A stretch of DNA of 64,000 nucleotides from Octopus sinensis (taxonomy: Eukaryota): positions 43,338,001 through 43,402,000 of the forward strand of contig NC_043012.1 in NCBI RefSeq assembly GCF_006345805.1, given 5' to 3'. A program made the position numbers and the translations under genes. Of the stretch, positions 1-13,719 are shown piece by piece. Under the pieces are notes generated by a model. The model did no database searches and was not told the origin of the DNA. It worked only from the letters and a program-made list of their open reading frames with translations. Position 1 is the stretch's first letter. Each line of letters opens with the position of its first letter.

Positions 1-212
1 CTTCACAATTCGCCACATAACTGTTTTTCACTTCGGAAATTTAACCCATCCTTCCTCAATGTTAACTCAGTTCCCAGACTAAACTTATTCACTAACATCT
101 CACCCTGAATAGACGACTAAAACTGCTTAAACTAAGCATTCACTCTCCAAATGCTCTCCAAATTCTTATAATACATAATAAGTACATAATAAAAATAATT
201 AGCTGTATTAAC

Positions 213-378
213 CTGATGAGTTGAAGCATTGTACTGCTGCATCTTCATTGTGATTACAATTATGGTTCATCCAGCCATTATGTGGACATTGATAAAAGTG
301 ACTCTCCTTGCCTGAGCAAAGCACATTATCGAGTAGAATAGGTCCAGTACCTTCTCCATATGCAGCATCTCGTAGACC
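213..378 (-). CDS. Exon encoding the C-terminal half of an SRCR (scavenger receptor cysteine-rich) domain
   Basis: Minus strand ctacag|GGT CTA CGA...TCA TCA G|gttaat; 166 nt, phase 0 in, phase 1 out. Translates [55 protein letters not shown] (SRCR motifs G.GPI.LD.V.C.G.E, C.H.GW..HNC.H.EDA.V.C). Absent from the ORF track. Confidence 0.93.
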
Positions 379-1116
379 CTGTAGGTGATTATATATATAT
401 ATGTTTATTTAATTGCATGTGTGTGTGAGCACATGCACGTGCACTCACTCATACATACATTATATAATAGCAACAACAACAATTTATGTTTTCATCAACA
501 AAAAGAGTATTCAATGCGTTATGTAGAAAAAGTTTAATATAATAGAACAAATGACTAATATTTCATGACTTAGTTTCATGCTAAACAGAAATGTTATCTG
601 TATGATGTGATTCATGGAAAGACTGTCTCCAACTGATGTTTTATTGATGGTGTTTCTTTTTTGCTTTTATCTATTACAGGGTATTGCTGATATCTATGAT
701 TATGTATTGAGTCAAAATGAAATGACAATAAAGTTAGAGTTAGAAGCATAATTAAACATACACACGCGTATACATACATCCATATACATACGTATATGTA
801 TGCATGCATGCTTGCATACATGTATGTATTGTATGTATGTATGTATGTATGTATGTATGTATTTATGTACGTGTGTATGTATGTATGTATGTATGTATGT
901 ATGCATGCATGGGTATTTATTGTGTGAAAAAGCACGTGAAATGGTATCATATATTAGGTCTACTTTTATTGTCCTCCATTGCGTTTTCATTCCAAATTAT
1001 AAACATATTTGGCATTAGAATTTTATTCTTTTGCTCTTGTTTATAAATTTAACCTTTAAAGGTATTTTTTAATATGCTGGCCATCGATAAAATTTTTTTC
1101 GAAAAAAATGTTATCC

Positions 1117-1380
<264 letters not shown>

Positions 1381-1394
1381 CACGTGTGTGTGTA

Positions 1395-2624
1395 CAGGGT
1401 GCGTAAGATATTTGACGACAGATTTATGTTTATAAAAAAACGATACATAATAACGGATAATAACTTTATCAAAAAATGCTATGAGATAAAAATAAACATT
1501 TTCTATAATGTCATTCAATAAAGCCACCTTTAGCTTCAACAACTGCTTCTATACGAGATCTAAATCATCTACATGCTCGAATCAAGTGGTCCTGGTTCAT
1601 TTTGGACATTACTCTGACTATGACAGCTTTCAAAGAATCTTTCGTGTTATGGGCGTGTTCATTGACCTCTCTCTCAACAACGCTCCGCATGTAATAGTCC
1701 AATGGATTGAGATCTGGGCAATTAGTAGGCCAGATGTTAGTAGTTATGTGATCATGAAAATTTTCAGTCATCCATTCTTGAGTTACTAGAGCCATGTGTG
1801 ATAGTGCAGAGTCTTACTAAATCACATATGCCCTCCCATTGCATTGCATACAGTCTATCCAGGGCTTAACAATTATTTCCAGGACCTCAATGTAGGCGGC
1901 AGAGGTAACTCTAAGGCCTTGTGGAAAGAAGTAAGGAGGCATCACATGTCCTTCATTGCTGACAACCCCTAAAACCTCATGAAAACTTGCAGGAAATTAT
2001 TTATGCGTAACACTTAGAACTTCAGGAGGTCCTGCATATAATCGTCTGTCATTTCTTCTGTTAACTTTTTTTTACCTTCGTCGAAGTTTTTCTACTGGAT
2101 TTTCCCGTTTGTTTAAGAGCCTTTTAGATCAGATGTTGCGATTTTCTTTTGCCTTTTCTAACAAATTGACATTTCCTCGTCATACAAGACTTATATCTGA
2201 TGTCTTCGTTGACAACATTTCTGACTGTTCCTTCTGACACATGGAGATCTTTTGCATTTGACTTCATGGACTTTCTGGGATTGTAATCAATGGTCTGTTG
2301 AACTTGCTGGATAAATTCAGGTGTTTTTATGATTTCAGGGCGTTTAGAATGCTTTTTATGCTTTGATACTGGTGATACGTTTCCATCTTCAGTATCTAGC
2401 TCTTTACAAACTTTGTAGACGAAAGATCTGGCAACTTTTAAAAATCGAGATATTTCTAAATCGCTACGCTCAGCTTTTATAACCACAATAACAGTATACC
2501 TCTTCATTTTTGGAGTAAGCTGAGGTTCTGCCATTATTATTTTCTGAAGCAAAGATTATACAGAGTAGCAAACAATGCAGCAATGAGCCCCCACCCACCA
2601 AAATATGTCCTCAAATATCTTACA
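1395..2624 (-). mobile_element. Decayed Tc1/mariner transposon, DD37D (maT-like)
   Basis: TA|CAGGGTGCGTAAGATATTTGACGACA left TIR; matching partial right TIR at 2606-2623. HTH-region ORF 2124-2552. Catalytic tail DSALSH...WPTNCPDLNPLD with 37 residues between the Ds; internal stops. Confidence 0.85.
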
Positions 2625-2765
2625 CAGAGGACATAGAAACCCTTGCTTCGGATCGAGCTTGATGGCGAACAAAAGTGTGGAGTGAAAGCTTTTGAAGAGG
2701 CCAGGAAAACGCATGCAAGACTCAAGAGAGATTTAAAGAATAATATTACGATCAGTTTGTGACAG
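2625..2765 (+). mobile_element. Short RTE-like LINE C-terminal fragment
   Basis: Frameshifted DIETLASDRA*WRTKV..KAFEEARKTHARLKR, resembling the RTE W..LA.DR..WR motif. Confidence 0.5.
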
Positions 2766-3858
2766 ACCATGCCATCAACTCGTCCAGTTAGATGAGCAGA
2801 TTCTGTGTTTCTGACTCCTTTGATGATGCAAGGATAGTAGTGTCGTCCATGTAGGCTTTCAAGGATGCCACCTTATATCCACTGCCGCCAAGGTCTGCTA
2901 CACTTGCTTTGCTTTCTACTGCCCTGAGAATTACCAGCATCATCACGAAGAGTACTGGTAACACTGCACAACCTATCGCAATTTCAATCTCCAATTTAGC
3001 CCTGGCAGTTGTGTATCTCTTGGGGCTGAACTGCTTCTGAAATCCGGAGAAGTAGGGATTAAGCATTTTGCGTATTGCTCCTGGTACATGATACATCTGG
3101 AGTGTCAGTTGAATCATCTGATGAGGAACAGAGCTATACGCGTTTGTTAGATCTAACCAGATTACATCAATGCCAGTCTTATTCTCTCTTGTTTTCTGAA
3201 TAGCTTTTCAGACCATGTTCCCATGTTCAGGGCATCCAGCTATCCTAGGCGCACCACCCTTCTCAAAAGACGTGTCTACATAGCCATTATGGAGTAGATA
3301 ACTGGTCAGTCTGAGAGCCATTATCTTCCCTTCGATATTCAGGAGTGAAATTAATCGGAATGGGTTGATTCCTTGTGTCCTGTTTCTTCGGTATGTACAC
3401 TCCATTTGCCTTCATCCAATTCTTCTAAAACAGTGGAAGTCTTGCATGCAACAATTTCAGAACATTTGGGCATTTCTTATACAGGAGATATGGTATGCCA
3501 TTCCGTCTCGTAGGTGATTTGTTCCTAATAAGATAATCTTGACAACTTTCCTAGCTTCAGCACGTGTTGCAGGTTTGTTGAATTCCACCCCAGGACGACT
3601 TGGCCACACCAAGTTTGTATTATGGTCAAGTGGTTGTTGTCAGTTAGGGTCGGAATACGTCTTCTCAGGTGAGCTTCAAGAGATTCTTTCTCAATGTCTA
3701 GTACACCTGACCGTGGTTGATGAAAGAGGCACCTAGCGTATTTGAGCGGCTCATTGAAGAACCGGTCCTTGCTCTTTTTCCCGTATAAATCTACTTTTCC
3801 TCAAGTCGTCTGCACTGCTGAGGGCGCTGTGCTGTTTTTCTTATACAGAACCCTGAGG
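2766..3858 (-). mobile_element. HERO/R2-like non-LTR retrotransposon, RT portion (decayed)
   Basis: KGGAPRIAGCPEH, IAIGCAVLPVLFVMM and KAYMDDTTIL motifs; RPITLLN-like RLISLLNIEGKI. Confidence 0.8.
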
Positions 3859-4814
3859 ACACTAAACGCCTGCAATGTGAGCTGGACAAAATATACAAGT
3901 GGGCTGAAAAGAATAGCATGCAGTTCAATGCTGAAAAGTTTCAAGCTTTATACTATCAGCATGCAAAACTAAATGCAATACCCAATGAATACACTGGACC
4001 CGGGGGAATAGCAATCCCACAGGCACAATCAGTGCGTGACCTGGGTATTTACATGAGTGATGACGCAACCTTTCGTGTACATGTTGCTAAATTGGCAATG
4101 AAATGTAGACGACTGGCCGGATGGATTCTCAGAACCTTTAGAATAAGAGAACAAGAAACCATGATGGTCCTCTGGAGGACACTTGTCCTAAGCCACTTTG
4201 ACTATTGCTCTCAGTTATGGTCACCATCCAGTGTCAAGTTGATCACAGAGCTCGAGGCGATCCAGCGTAGCTACACGAAGAAGATAGCCTCTATGCAGAA
4301 TGTAAGCTACTGGGAAAGACTCAAGAGATTAAAACTATATTCCTTGGAGCGTAGGCGGGAAAGATATGCCATAATATACATCTGGAAGATCCTGGAGGGA
4401 TGTGTCCCAAACTTTGGCATCGAGAGTTACACAAATGCCAGAACTGGGCGCCACTGCGTGGTGCCTAGGACTCCAAATTTGCCATCAAGATGTAGGACAA
4501 GATACTGTGATAGCCTGGGCTTCCGAGGCCCACAGCTCTTCAATATCCTCCCGAAGAACCTGAGAGACCTGCATGGGGTGGATGCAGATGTCTTTAAAAT
4601 GAAACTGGATCTCTTCCTGTCAGGTGTCCCAGATGAACCAACTTCACGGCAGGAAGTGCAGATGAGGGCAGCTGCATCGAACTCTCTCATGCACCAAATG
4701 GCAGTTGCTAAAAAGCTTTCGTGAAGTAAAACCAAGTAGCAACACCAAATGGCGGTGCCCCAGCATGGCCACAGCTCATGAGCTGAAACTAGAATCAATC
4801 AATCAATCAATCAA
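3859..4814 (+). mobile_element. 5'-truncated CR1/L2-group LINE inserted into the HERO element
   Basis: ORF 3918-4724: MQFNAEKF, RDLGIYM, LERRRERYAIIYIWKIL, PDEP. Ends in an (AATC)n tail at 4793-4812. Confidence 0.85.
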
Positions 4815-4845
<31 letters not shown>

Positions 4846-4948
4846 ACATATATATATATATATATTATATATATATATACATATATATATATATTATATA
4901 TATATATATTATACATATATATATATACATATATATGTATATATATAC

Positions 4949-4999
<51 letters not shown>

Positions 5000-5032
5000 T
5001 ATAATATATATAATATATATATATATATATAT

Positions 5033-5067
<35 letters not shown>

Positions 5068-5077
5068 ATATATATAT
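4815..5077. repeat. Interrupted (TA)n microsatellite at the CR1 tail
   Basis: Direct reading. Confidence 0.95.
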
Positions 5078-5960
5078 GGGTTTTTGCGAATCTTCAACAA
5101 AACATCTCTTCGGGACTTGAGGTTTGCAGTTGTTTTTTTCATGCATCTCTGTCTATATCCTCTGGATTCCATCTCCCTTTGCTGCTTATTATTTCCGGTT
5201 GGTTTCTTGCTCTTCGCTTCTTTAACACCAAAGTACTCTCTGCTAATATTGTATATTATTTCACCCCAAGCCTCTGGTTGCTTGTCATACTTCAAAGTAC
5301 CCAGGGTTTTGTATAAAGCCTTGCAGATTTCCTTGTCAAGTGGATCCCAAGCCCCTTCACTGCTCGCTGGAAGGAATTTTATTCGTGGACACTGTACTTC
5401 TTGGGACTGTTTTCTCATAGTAAACTCATTTGCTTTGGTATACTCAGCACTCTGGTTTGCGATCTGGCTTTGGTTTTTCTGCATTTTCAGTGCACTGCAA
5501 CATGAGTTAGTGCTTTGGCAGTACGTTTAATTTTTGTCCGATGAATCTTCATTTCCTTTTCGGAGGCGAATTTCCGACCACAGATACACTGGAAGTCCGG
5601 TATCCGTTCTGACCTCGTGGTCCTAGGTACATTCCGAGTCGTTTCCTGTTTCAATCCTTTTGGACCCTTCATTCTCGGCCCCCTTTCGGTAAGGATCCTG
5701 GCCATACTTTCCAATGCTAGGTTTTCTCACAAATTCTGAATTCTGTCTCTGGGTTGCGAGCCCGATTGAGACCATCTGGATTTGCCTTTGGAGCCCTCCT
5801 TATTCATCAAGGAGCCAACTGGATTTTCCCAGTAGTCATCCAGTCAACTCCTGGACGTCAACGGACTATCCATAGATCTATAAGTAACAGAAACTCGCTG
5901 CAAGGCGAGTGCACAGCAGATATTTAGAGGAAGAAATCCCATCCGACAAGTGTTCGAGAG
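5078..5960 (-). mobile_element. HERO/R2-like element, 5' UTR and N-terminal zinc-finger portion
   Basis: CICGRKFASEKEMKIH finger and [16 protein letters not shown]. Reading frame rejoins the 3858 segment as ...KIRKN-LRVLYK once the insert is removed. Confidence 0.75.
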
Positions 5961-7644
5961 ACGCTAAAGGCTGAGAGTAAATGGAAATATATAGATTAAT
6001 TTTTTCAAAAAAAAGCTGTGCATAATTAAGTCGACTTTACAAAATATATATTAGTGGAATTAGTTAAATGAGAGCAAATATTGGTACTGTTTCGCTAAGT
6101 TAGATATAAATGTTATTGTTAAAATAAAATTTATGAAACGGATGAATTTCATTATTTGTTGGGTAATCGAATGGCAGAATGTTTGACCGTCACACAAATA
6201 CGTTACATTATTTGTTCCAGCTCATGACATTTTGAGTTCAAAACGTACTGAGATCAACTTTACATTTCTTTTTTCAAGTTATTTGTGAAGCACTGAAAGT
6301 TTTTCAAGTTACCAGTGAAATACTGAGATTGAACTTTAATGCTCTCTGAACGGGCTGCGAAGTATGTGTGAATGTGAAGTCATAGAAAATATTCCTCTTT
6401 CACCCTATAGCAGTACAAGAATTAGGTTCTGAACGAGTTGGTAATACTGATAATAATGATATTTGCGACGAAAATTTAAATATATACAATTACCGGACTT
6501 AGCATCAATGTTTTAAAGCATTCACAATCCAGTAATTGTTGATTATTTATTGTAGTAAATGAATCGGCGACATCTATCCTGTAACTTACAACCAAATGCA
6601 CCATTTCGTCATAGGGATATTTAATGAATGCAAAACTGTAGTTCACATATTTGGTGTCTAAATCTCGAAAAGACTATTGTTGGTTTTCCATGACAGGTGT
6701 CAGTATAATTACTAAATCATTTAGTGACGCTATTTACATGGGAAAAAATAGTTAAGTCAGTTCTGACATATTGTAGAAAGCATAAAAAGCTAACATGATA
6801 TGGTTACGAGGTAAGGCAAAAATACTTATCAATGACTGATATTGTTCAATATTTCATTATCACTGCTTACCGACAAAATTAAAGAGACAGAGGAGAAAAA
6901 AGGATAGAGTAGAGGGAATAAGAATGAGGAAGAGTGATGAAGAGAGAAAGAGAAAGAGAGAGAGGAAGAGAGTTATAGAGAAAACGTCGAAAGGATGAAG
7001 AATGATCGAGATCTATTCGAATGGCCAATCAGCTTCGTCAAATAACAACCTTCGTTGAGAACTCTATCGACTATCAAAATCGCATATGAAATAAAAGCAG
7101 TAAGTTCGCTTGAGAAGATCGCAAGCAACACTGACACAACCGAAGACAGCAATAACGCGAAAACGAACATGCCACATTGACATTAAGAAATAATAACTTA
7201 TTATAACCAAACAGTAGTAATGAGTTAAAAATTAAGTAACTCCAAACTCAAACAAAACTTCACTCACTACATTACTGAATAATTACACAAGCGAATTAAT
7301 CACAAAGCTAAAGAATATCGCCCTTTCTAATGTTATCTGTGATAGATGAAGTACTGAAGGAACAACTAGCAGAAATCAAGCATCCTAGCCATTCGCCATC
7401 GAATATTTTACCCTACTATTATTGTTTCTCAACAAAGAGGAGTAAGAGAGATCGAGCGAAGCGAGACATTCCCAGCCGCAAAAAAGTGAACGAGCTCTCT
7501 CTCCAAACAAATATTCAACATACTCAGAAATATATGTGTGTGTGTGTATGTATATATATGCATATGTATAAATGTATGAATGTGCATGCGTGTGTGTGTG
7601 TGAATAGAATACATACTTGTGTGCATGAATATACAAATATTTAA

Positions 7645-7874
7645 GGCGGCGAGCTGGCAGAAACGTTAGCACACCGGGCGAAATACGTTAATGTATTTCG
7701 TCTTTATGTTCTGAGTTCAAATTCTGCCGAGGTCGACTTTGTCTTTCATCCTTTCGGGGTCGATTAAATAGGTACCAGTTACGCACTGGGGTCGATGTAA
7801 TCAACTTACTCCCTTTGTCTGTCCTTGTTTGTCCCCTCTATTTGTAGCCCCCTGTAGGCAATAAAGAAATAAAT
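7645..7874 (+). mobile_element. tRNA-derived SINE, family A
   Basis: GGCGGCGAGCTGGCAG head, GAGTTCAAATTC B-box-like motif, conserved core GGTCGACTTTG.CTTTCATCCTTTCGGGGTCGAT..AATA.GTACCAG; at least 6 copies in the window. Confidence 0.85.
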
Positions 7875-8669
7875 ATGCAAATATATTTGTATGTTTGCAC
7901 ATGGCATTTTATCCTGTCGAGAATTCTGTCTGTTTAAGGGGCAGAATGCGCGTAGCACTTCAATTAAAAAATTTTTTATCGAATATTCCACTTTCCAGAA
8001 AGAATTTTAATCCATTCTATATTAAAAAGAACCTACCATGTTTGAAATCAGTTTTAGATAAATAGCATGCACGAAACTCTCGGCTCTTGGGTCACATTTG
8101 AAGCTTTCTGCCAATTAAAAATTAGTCTATATTATTCTATACATCGTCAATAATTAATTTTTAATAAGCCTGCTGGCTATTTGAGGTATCAGTGCCTGAA
8201 AAGTCACTGTAATTCTGTACATCTTTGACGGTGAGATTTGCCTGGTATGCAGCGAGAGGACAGCCGTCCTGAAGATACGCAGTATGACGAAATCTGGCAG
8301 CTCTGGCGTCCACTGTAGATAATTCTCATCTATCAACTTGTGTGTGTTTTTATTCAACATACGCCTTTATGAGAGGTCCTCTCAAGGCGAATATCGCAGT
8401 ATTCTGCTTTCTATCAAAGCATCCACATTAAGTTGAATATAAAGATGGCTTTGGGTATTAATACTGTTTCTGTCTCATCCCAGTTATGCCAAGCCTGACT
8501 TACGTTCGAAATGTCAAAAGCGCTCGCTTCTTTTCAGGCATTATACTAAAAACACCTTTGTTAAAAATTGTTCCTCACTTTGTCTTCTTTGTTTTGCTCA
8601 CCACCTAATATATACATACATACATACATACATACATACATACATACATACATACATACATACATACAT

Positions 8670-8895
8670 ACAAAGACGTGCACAACTATTCTTACTCTTA
8701 CAACTGAGAACAGAATAATTATTTTAGATATTATAGGCATTACAAAGGGAATATTGCTAGGAGATAGTCTTTCTGTACTTCTTTTCATTTTCGTACTGAA
8801 TCCACTTTCGTTCCTACTGCAGAAAACAAATGGTTACATGCTAGGATCTTCAACTGCAAAAAATATCAATGTAACTTATAATTTCTTTATAGACC
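8670..8895 (+). mobile_element. R4/Dong-like RT fragment
   Basis: ITKGILLGDSLSVLLFIFVLNPLSFLL, matching GIFQGDSLSPL.F in the longer copies at 32.6 kb. Confidence 0.6.
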
Positions 8896-9076
8896 TTTGC
8901 AGTGTTCATCTAAAGATTGCAAATGTACACATTATATGAAGCTCGAACTTAGGTGAATTCGTTTGTATGATTGATTACTAAATCATATATATGTGTGTCT
9001 GTATGAATGTATGTAATACATACACACTCACATACATACATACATACATACATACATACATACATACATACATACA

Positions 9077-9109
<33 letters not shown>

Positions 9110-9827
9110 GCATCTATGTATAAGCGTTAATACAGTTTATCACAGGTTGCATTCACACACAAAACTTAATGAGCTGTTATAAACTAATATGCACATCTCT
9201 TAAAGCAGTGCGAATAAATTATATACTATCTGTAATAGCTTCATTTTTATCTTAAATTTGCTTTAAGGTACTCTGAAAACATGCTTATATATAATTAAGC
9301 ATGTATAGGGAAAACAGAAGTTAGATGTTAAATGATGTGGAGACTGAGAAATGGAGGGGTAAAAATAAGACAACGAATGCTAATAAAATGGGTTGAAAAG
9401 TATCTAGCAAATTGGCTTTGTCCTGCATTTATCAAAATGAACTACGAGGTTGAATTGGTTTAAAATCATAAAACGAATTTGAATTATGCAGAAAATTTCT
9501 TGTGAGAAGAATGAAAATCTAGTGGACTTAGTTCTTAAATTAAACTGTTTTGAAGGAAATTGAAGATTTTAATGTAAGAAGGAGAGAAAGGTTACATATA
9601 CATAGGTTCATTCATTAAAATAACTCACACGTATATATACTAGACTATTCAACATTAACAGAATTACATATTAATTCTGCTTTAACATATAATTAACAAC
9701 ACATGTACAGATGGACAGAGATATTCTTCATCAAGAGTATTTTTAAAGCAGTGTTAATAATAATTGGCAAAGAATTGCACAAGAAATTGAAAGAAGGTTC
9801 ATATTGGATTATAGCGTATGTACTTAC

Positions 9828-9982
9828 GTTTCCCCAGATATAACCCAAAGTCCGACACACCACATCAGCATCATCTTTGTCCCATAGATCATCACACACT
9901 GTTCCCCATTCCACACCGTCACTGCTCACTTCTACACGACCAGAAGATTCATTTGGTCCATCTGCTAAGCGAACTTTAATGC
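9828..9982 (-). CDS. Exon encoding the N-terminal half of the same SRCR domain
   Basis: tttcatttcag|GC ATT AAA...GGA AAC|gtaagta; 155 nt, phase 1 in, phase 0 out. Translates [51 protein letters not shown]. Phase-compatible with the 213-378 exon; joined domain has 6 Cys. Confidence 0.93.
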
Positions 9983-11189
9983 CTGAAATGAAGAAAAAAA
10001 AACGAAGTAAAAAATACATGCTCTATTTACTATGTTTGCTAAACCCTTTTATTTTCAAGACCACTACACATCACGTATTGTCACAATTCATAAAAAGCAA
10101 TGGAGTTGAAATTTAAAAAAATTAAAAGAGTCGAAAAATGATACACAGGGAAGCATTCGTTTTTGTTTGACTTCGTGTCCAAGCGTGGGCTCTACCTATG
10201 CGCATTATTAAGAATGCTTAAATTAACATCAAACAGGAAAAACACGTAGAAATAGTTAGTTTAAGATCGGAGAGGCCAAATTTGCTCTTGGTTTTGATCA
10301 AACGTATATTGTCAAATGAATGACGATGTACGAATAACTGTAAAGGAAAGAGTCCTCGGGGGTATTTCTATATAAAATACGCTTACGTATCGTAGTGACG
10401 TGGAACATCAACAAACGTCAAAGGGCATATCAATGTTGAAGAGATGTGGTACAAGTCCATGAGTGTTGACGGTTATAGACATGGAGCATATGGAAAAAGA
10501 TTAACGACATAAACCAAAAGCCAGTGACTGAATACGTAGTCGAACTTTAGGAAGACTGTCATTTTGTTCTCTTTACAGTCAACCAATCTTAATTTTCCTT
10601 ATATGAATTTTACATATGAAATTGAATACGTTATAAAATGTTCTTATGTAGATATGAGTTTTCTCATTTATAGAGTATTTCTGAAATTCTGTAGACGTGC
10701 TACGAAGGAAAATCACGAAAGTAGATAAATTAGTTACAGTCTTATGTTTATAAACGTATTGGTATGCAAGAATATAAAAAAAAGTTCTTAATTCTTCTGG
10801 GTAGAAGTATTTGAGAAGTTATGAAATATTCGTCACTGATAAAGTATTAAGGACGTAGTTCGCAGAAAATGTGTTCATTCAAGAATCAGAAGTTTATCTT
10901 GGGATAATTTGAATTTGAAACATACAATTAAGGGAGAGAATAAATACCAAGGTGATAACTGTCAGCAATTTTCAAGGAGAAAAAGAGGCAATTTCAAAAG
11001 AACTTGGTGTAAATATTCCAAATTTATTTACATGTTACATATGGGACACTATGATCTTTGTTGTAGAAATATAGAAAAAGATTTAGGTAAAAATTCGCCA
11101 ATGGTAATTCGCATTATTAAAGAAGAAAAGGCAGAAAAATAACTCGTGTCCAACAGCATAAATTGAGACAGTTAACTTAAAGGAGACCG

Positions 11190-11350
11190 TAACCTTTCCG
11201 CTGTGGGCGGTGTCTGACACACTCCCGACGCCAACAAACCTGCTCAAATGGAGTTTGAGGGAAAACCAGCTGTGTAGACTTTGTGGAGCGAGAGGCACAC
11301 TGGTACACATTTGCTCAAGATAAAGTGGCGCCATGATAGAGTGCTGGTCT
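11190..11350 (+). mobile_element. HERO-like C-terminal zinc-knuckle fragment
   Basis: DTLPTPTNLLKWSLRENQLCRLCGARGTLVHI...KWRHDRVL. Confidence 0.7.
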
Positions 11351-11507
11351 TCCATAAACAACCTTGCCCGGACTTATGCCTCGGAGGGTAATTTTCTAGA
11401 TGCAATCCCATGGCCATTCGGGACCGAACGGGATTTTTACCCTTTATAAATACACACATATACACATGTATGTTTCTTTGTACGTATGTATGTATGTATG
11501 TATGTAT

Positions 11508-11547
<40 letters not shown>

Positions 11548-11773
11548 GTGGGTGTGTGTGAGTGTGCGCGCGCGTATGTAACCACACGTTGGAGATTTCT
11601 TTTTCTTCTTTGAACATTTTCCTTTCTCATTTCCGACTAAGAGTTATGGTCTAAACATCAGTCTGTTTTTTCACCGAGCATCAAGCTAATACAATCCTTA
11701 TGTATGTCTTTCTGTTGTCCGTTAATTTTATTATTCGTTTTTTTAAATTTTGAATTGAACGGTTATTTGAATT

Positions 11774-11842
<69 letters not shown>

Positions 11843-12062
11843 CCTTGGATTGGGCGATGCGTTGTGTTCACACAACTCTTCACGTTGGTTCAGTTCATTC
11901 AACTGGAAAAAATGAGTAATCCAGCGACGGGCTTGCATCCAGTCTAGGTGGGGGTGGGGGAATATATATACCACAGAATCCGGGAAAACAGATACATAGT
12001 TACATAAATACATACATTCGTACACTCACAGTCACACTCACACGCTCACGTACGTACATACA

Positions 12063-12097
<35 letters not shown>

Positions 12098-12543
12098 CAT
12101 AAATGATATATAAACATATGCATATATACATACATATATGTACATACCTACATCTATATGTTTATATACATGCATATATGGGTACGGGACACAAAAAAAA
12201 AACTTTGAACACAATGAGAAATGAAAACATAAAAGCAAAAACATGGAAACGAGCTTTTTTTCAAACAACGAAAAAACAGAATACAAGACATACAACACAA
12301 GGAATATTCCCCTTCCTCAGTTGTCCCTGTTTCGTCTACTCCGAGTTACGAAGGTAAGGACAAGACACGACGTTGAAACAATCCTTCCCGCAAAGCATAT
12401 TAAATAACATTTGGGATTTTTTGCGGAGGGTTAAAAGTGGTAACAAGAACAGGACAGTGACTATTGGAATCTAACGGAGGACCAACTATAGCACTTACTC
12501 TGCGTACCTGTACGTTTAGATCCAAACTGAATTAAACCCCTCA

Positions 12544-12657
<114 letters not shown>

Positions 12658-12669
12658 ATTTATGTTTGC

Positions 12670-12722
<53 letters not shown>

Positions 12723-12739
12723 ATATACACACACATGCA

Positions 12740-13700
12740 CAACCTGGTTTTAAGTAGTCTCTGGTAAGTTTTTCTCTGGGGCTGGTGGAGCTCCGCTGGA
12801 TGATAATTGTTTTATAGTGTAAGTTCTAAGGGAAATGTATTTTAGAATGTTCTTATTGATTAGAGTTAGATTTGTATTAGTTTGGCTGAAATTGTAGTGA
12901 ATGTATTATATAACTTTTTCTTCAGCTATCTATTGTCATTTTATGGTGTAGCGCATTGAAAGTCTCCAGAAGCTCGTTGCCGAATTCATCAACATTTTAG
13001 ATCATAGCAGTGATGCCATCCAGACTGCAAGCTTTACCATCCTATGTTGATTTGAGCTATCTTGCGGTTAATGAATGGTGAAAAATGGTGAAGGAACACT
13101 TTTTCATGTCAAGTTCTTCAGGAAAGACTGGACCAATATTGCCCTCAGCAAGTTTTGAAGGTTTACTTAAAAGATTTTCAAAGTGCTTCTTCCATAATTT
13201 AATCCCCTCTCTTTTACTTCGAGTCTTTTCACTGATTTCATTTACTATCTTCTGTGTAACTGTTGACTTCTTGCTATCAGGTGTATTTCTGAATTAGCGA
13301 TCTTTCTTTGTAGTTATTCAAGATGATCTTTCTCATAGAGTTCAGCAAGTTACAATTATGCTCTTTTGTTGTCCTCAATATATTTAGGAATTGCTGCTGA
13401 ATCTTTCAAAGGAGTTGCATGATGTAACTGTTTGCGTATCTGAAAAACTCGAGTTGCTTCTTCACAGACAAATTTGAAGTTGTTGTATGTCTTATTTGGT
13501 GAATTTAAATTATTTACTCTTGAAGGACAGCAGATATATTCTGAAGAGAGATGGCAAATTTATTCTGAATTTCCCCATCTTCCTTTAGAGCAGACGAATC
13601 ATAAATTGGACCTGTTCTTCAAATCCCTTTTGTTGGAATAAAGACTCAGTCACAATCAAGTGTTACAAGTTCATTTTTCAATGTTCCATTTCATTAAAGT
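12740..13700 (-). mobile_element. Heavily decayed RTE-like LINE
   Basis: Fragmentary ...KACSLDGIT...FGNELLETFN... RT N-terminal motifs with many stops. Confidence 0.5.
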
Positions 13701-13719
13701 TCCATATTCGAAAGTGTGA

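Noticed and set aside
679-750. Strong plus-strand polypyrimidine acceptor followed by GIADIYDYVLSQNEMTIKLELEA*
   Set aside because: No homology recognised and antisense within the SRCR intron; such acceptors arise often by chance in AT-rich DNA.
6588-6636. Short minus-strand AG...GTAAG-bounded segment
   Set aside because: 46 nt, phase-incompatible with the flanking SRCR exons, and the domain is already complete without it.
8255-8300. CTGAAGA...GACGAAA in a GC-richer island
   Set aside because: Stem II does not close onto the core; the island remains unexplained.
10900-11140. Possible hAT transposase remnant
   Set aside because: Similarity too weak and fragmentary to support without a profile search.
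12305-12365. CUGAGGA and GAAAC close together on the minus strand
   Set aside because: Order and pairing do not give a hammerhead three-way junction.
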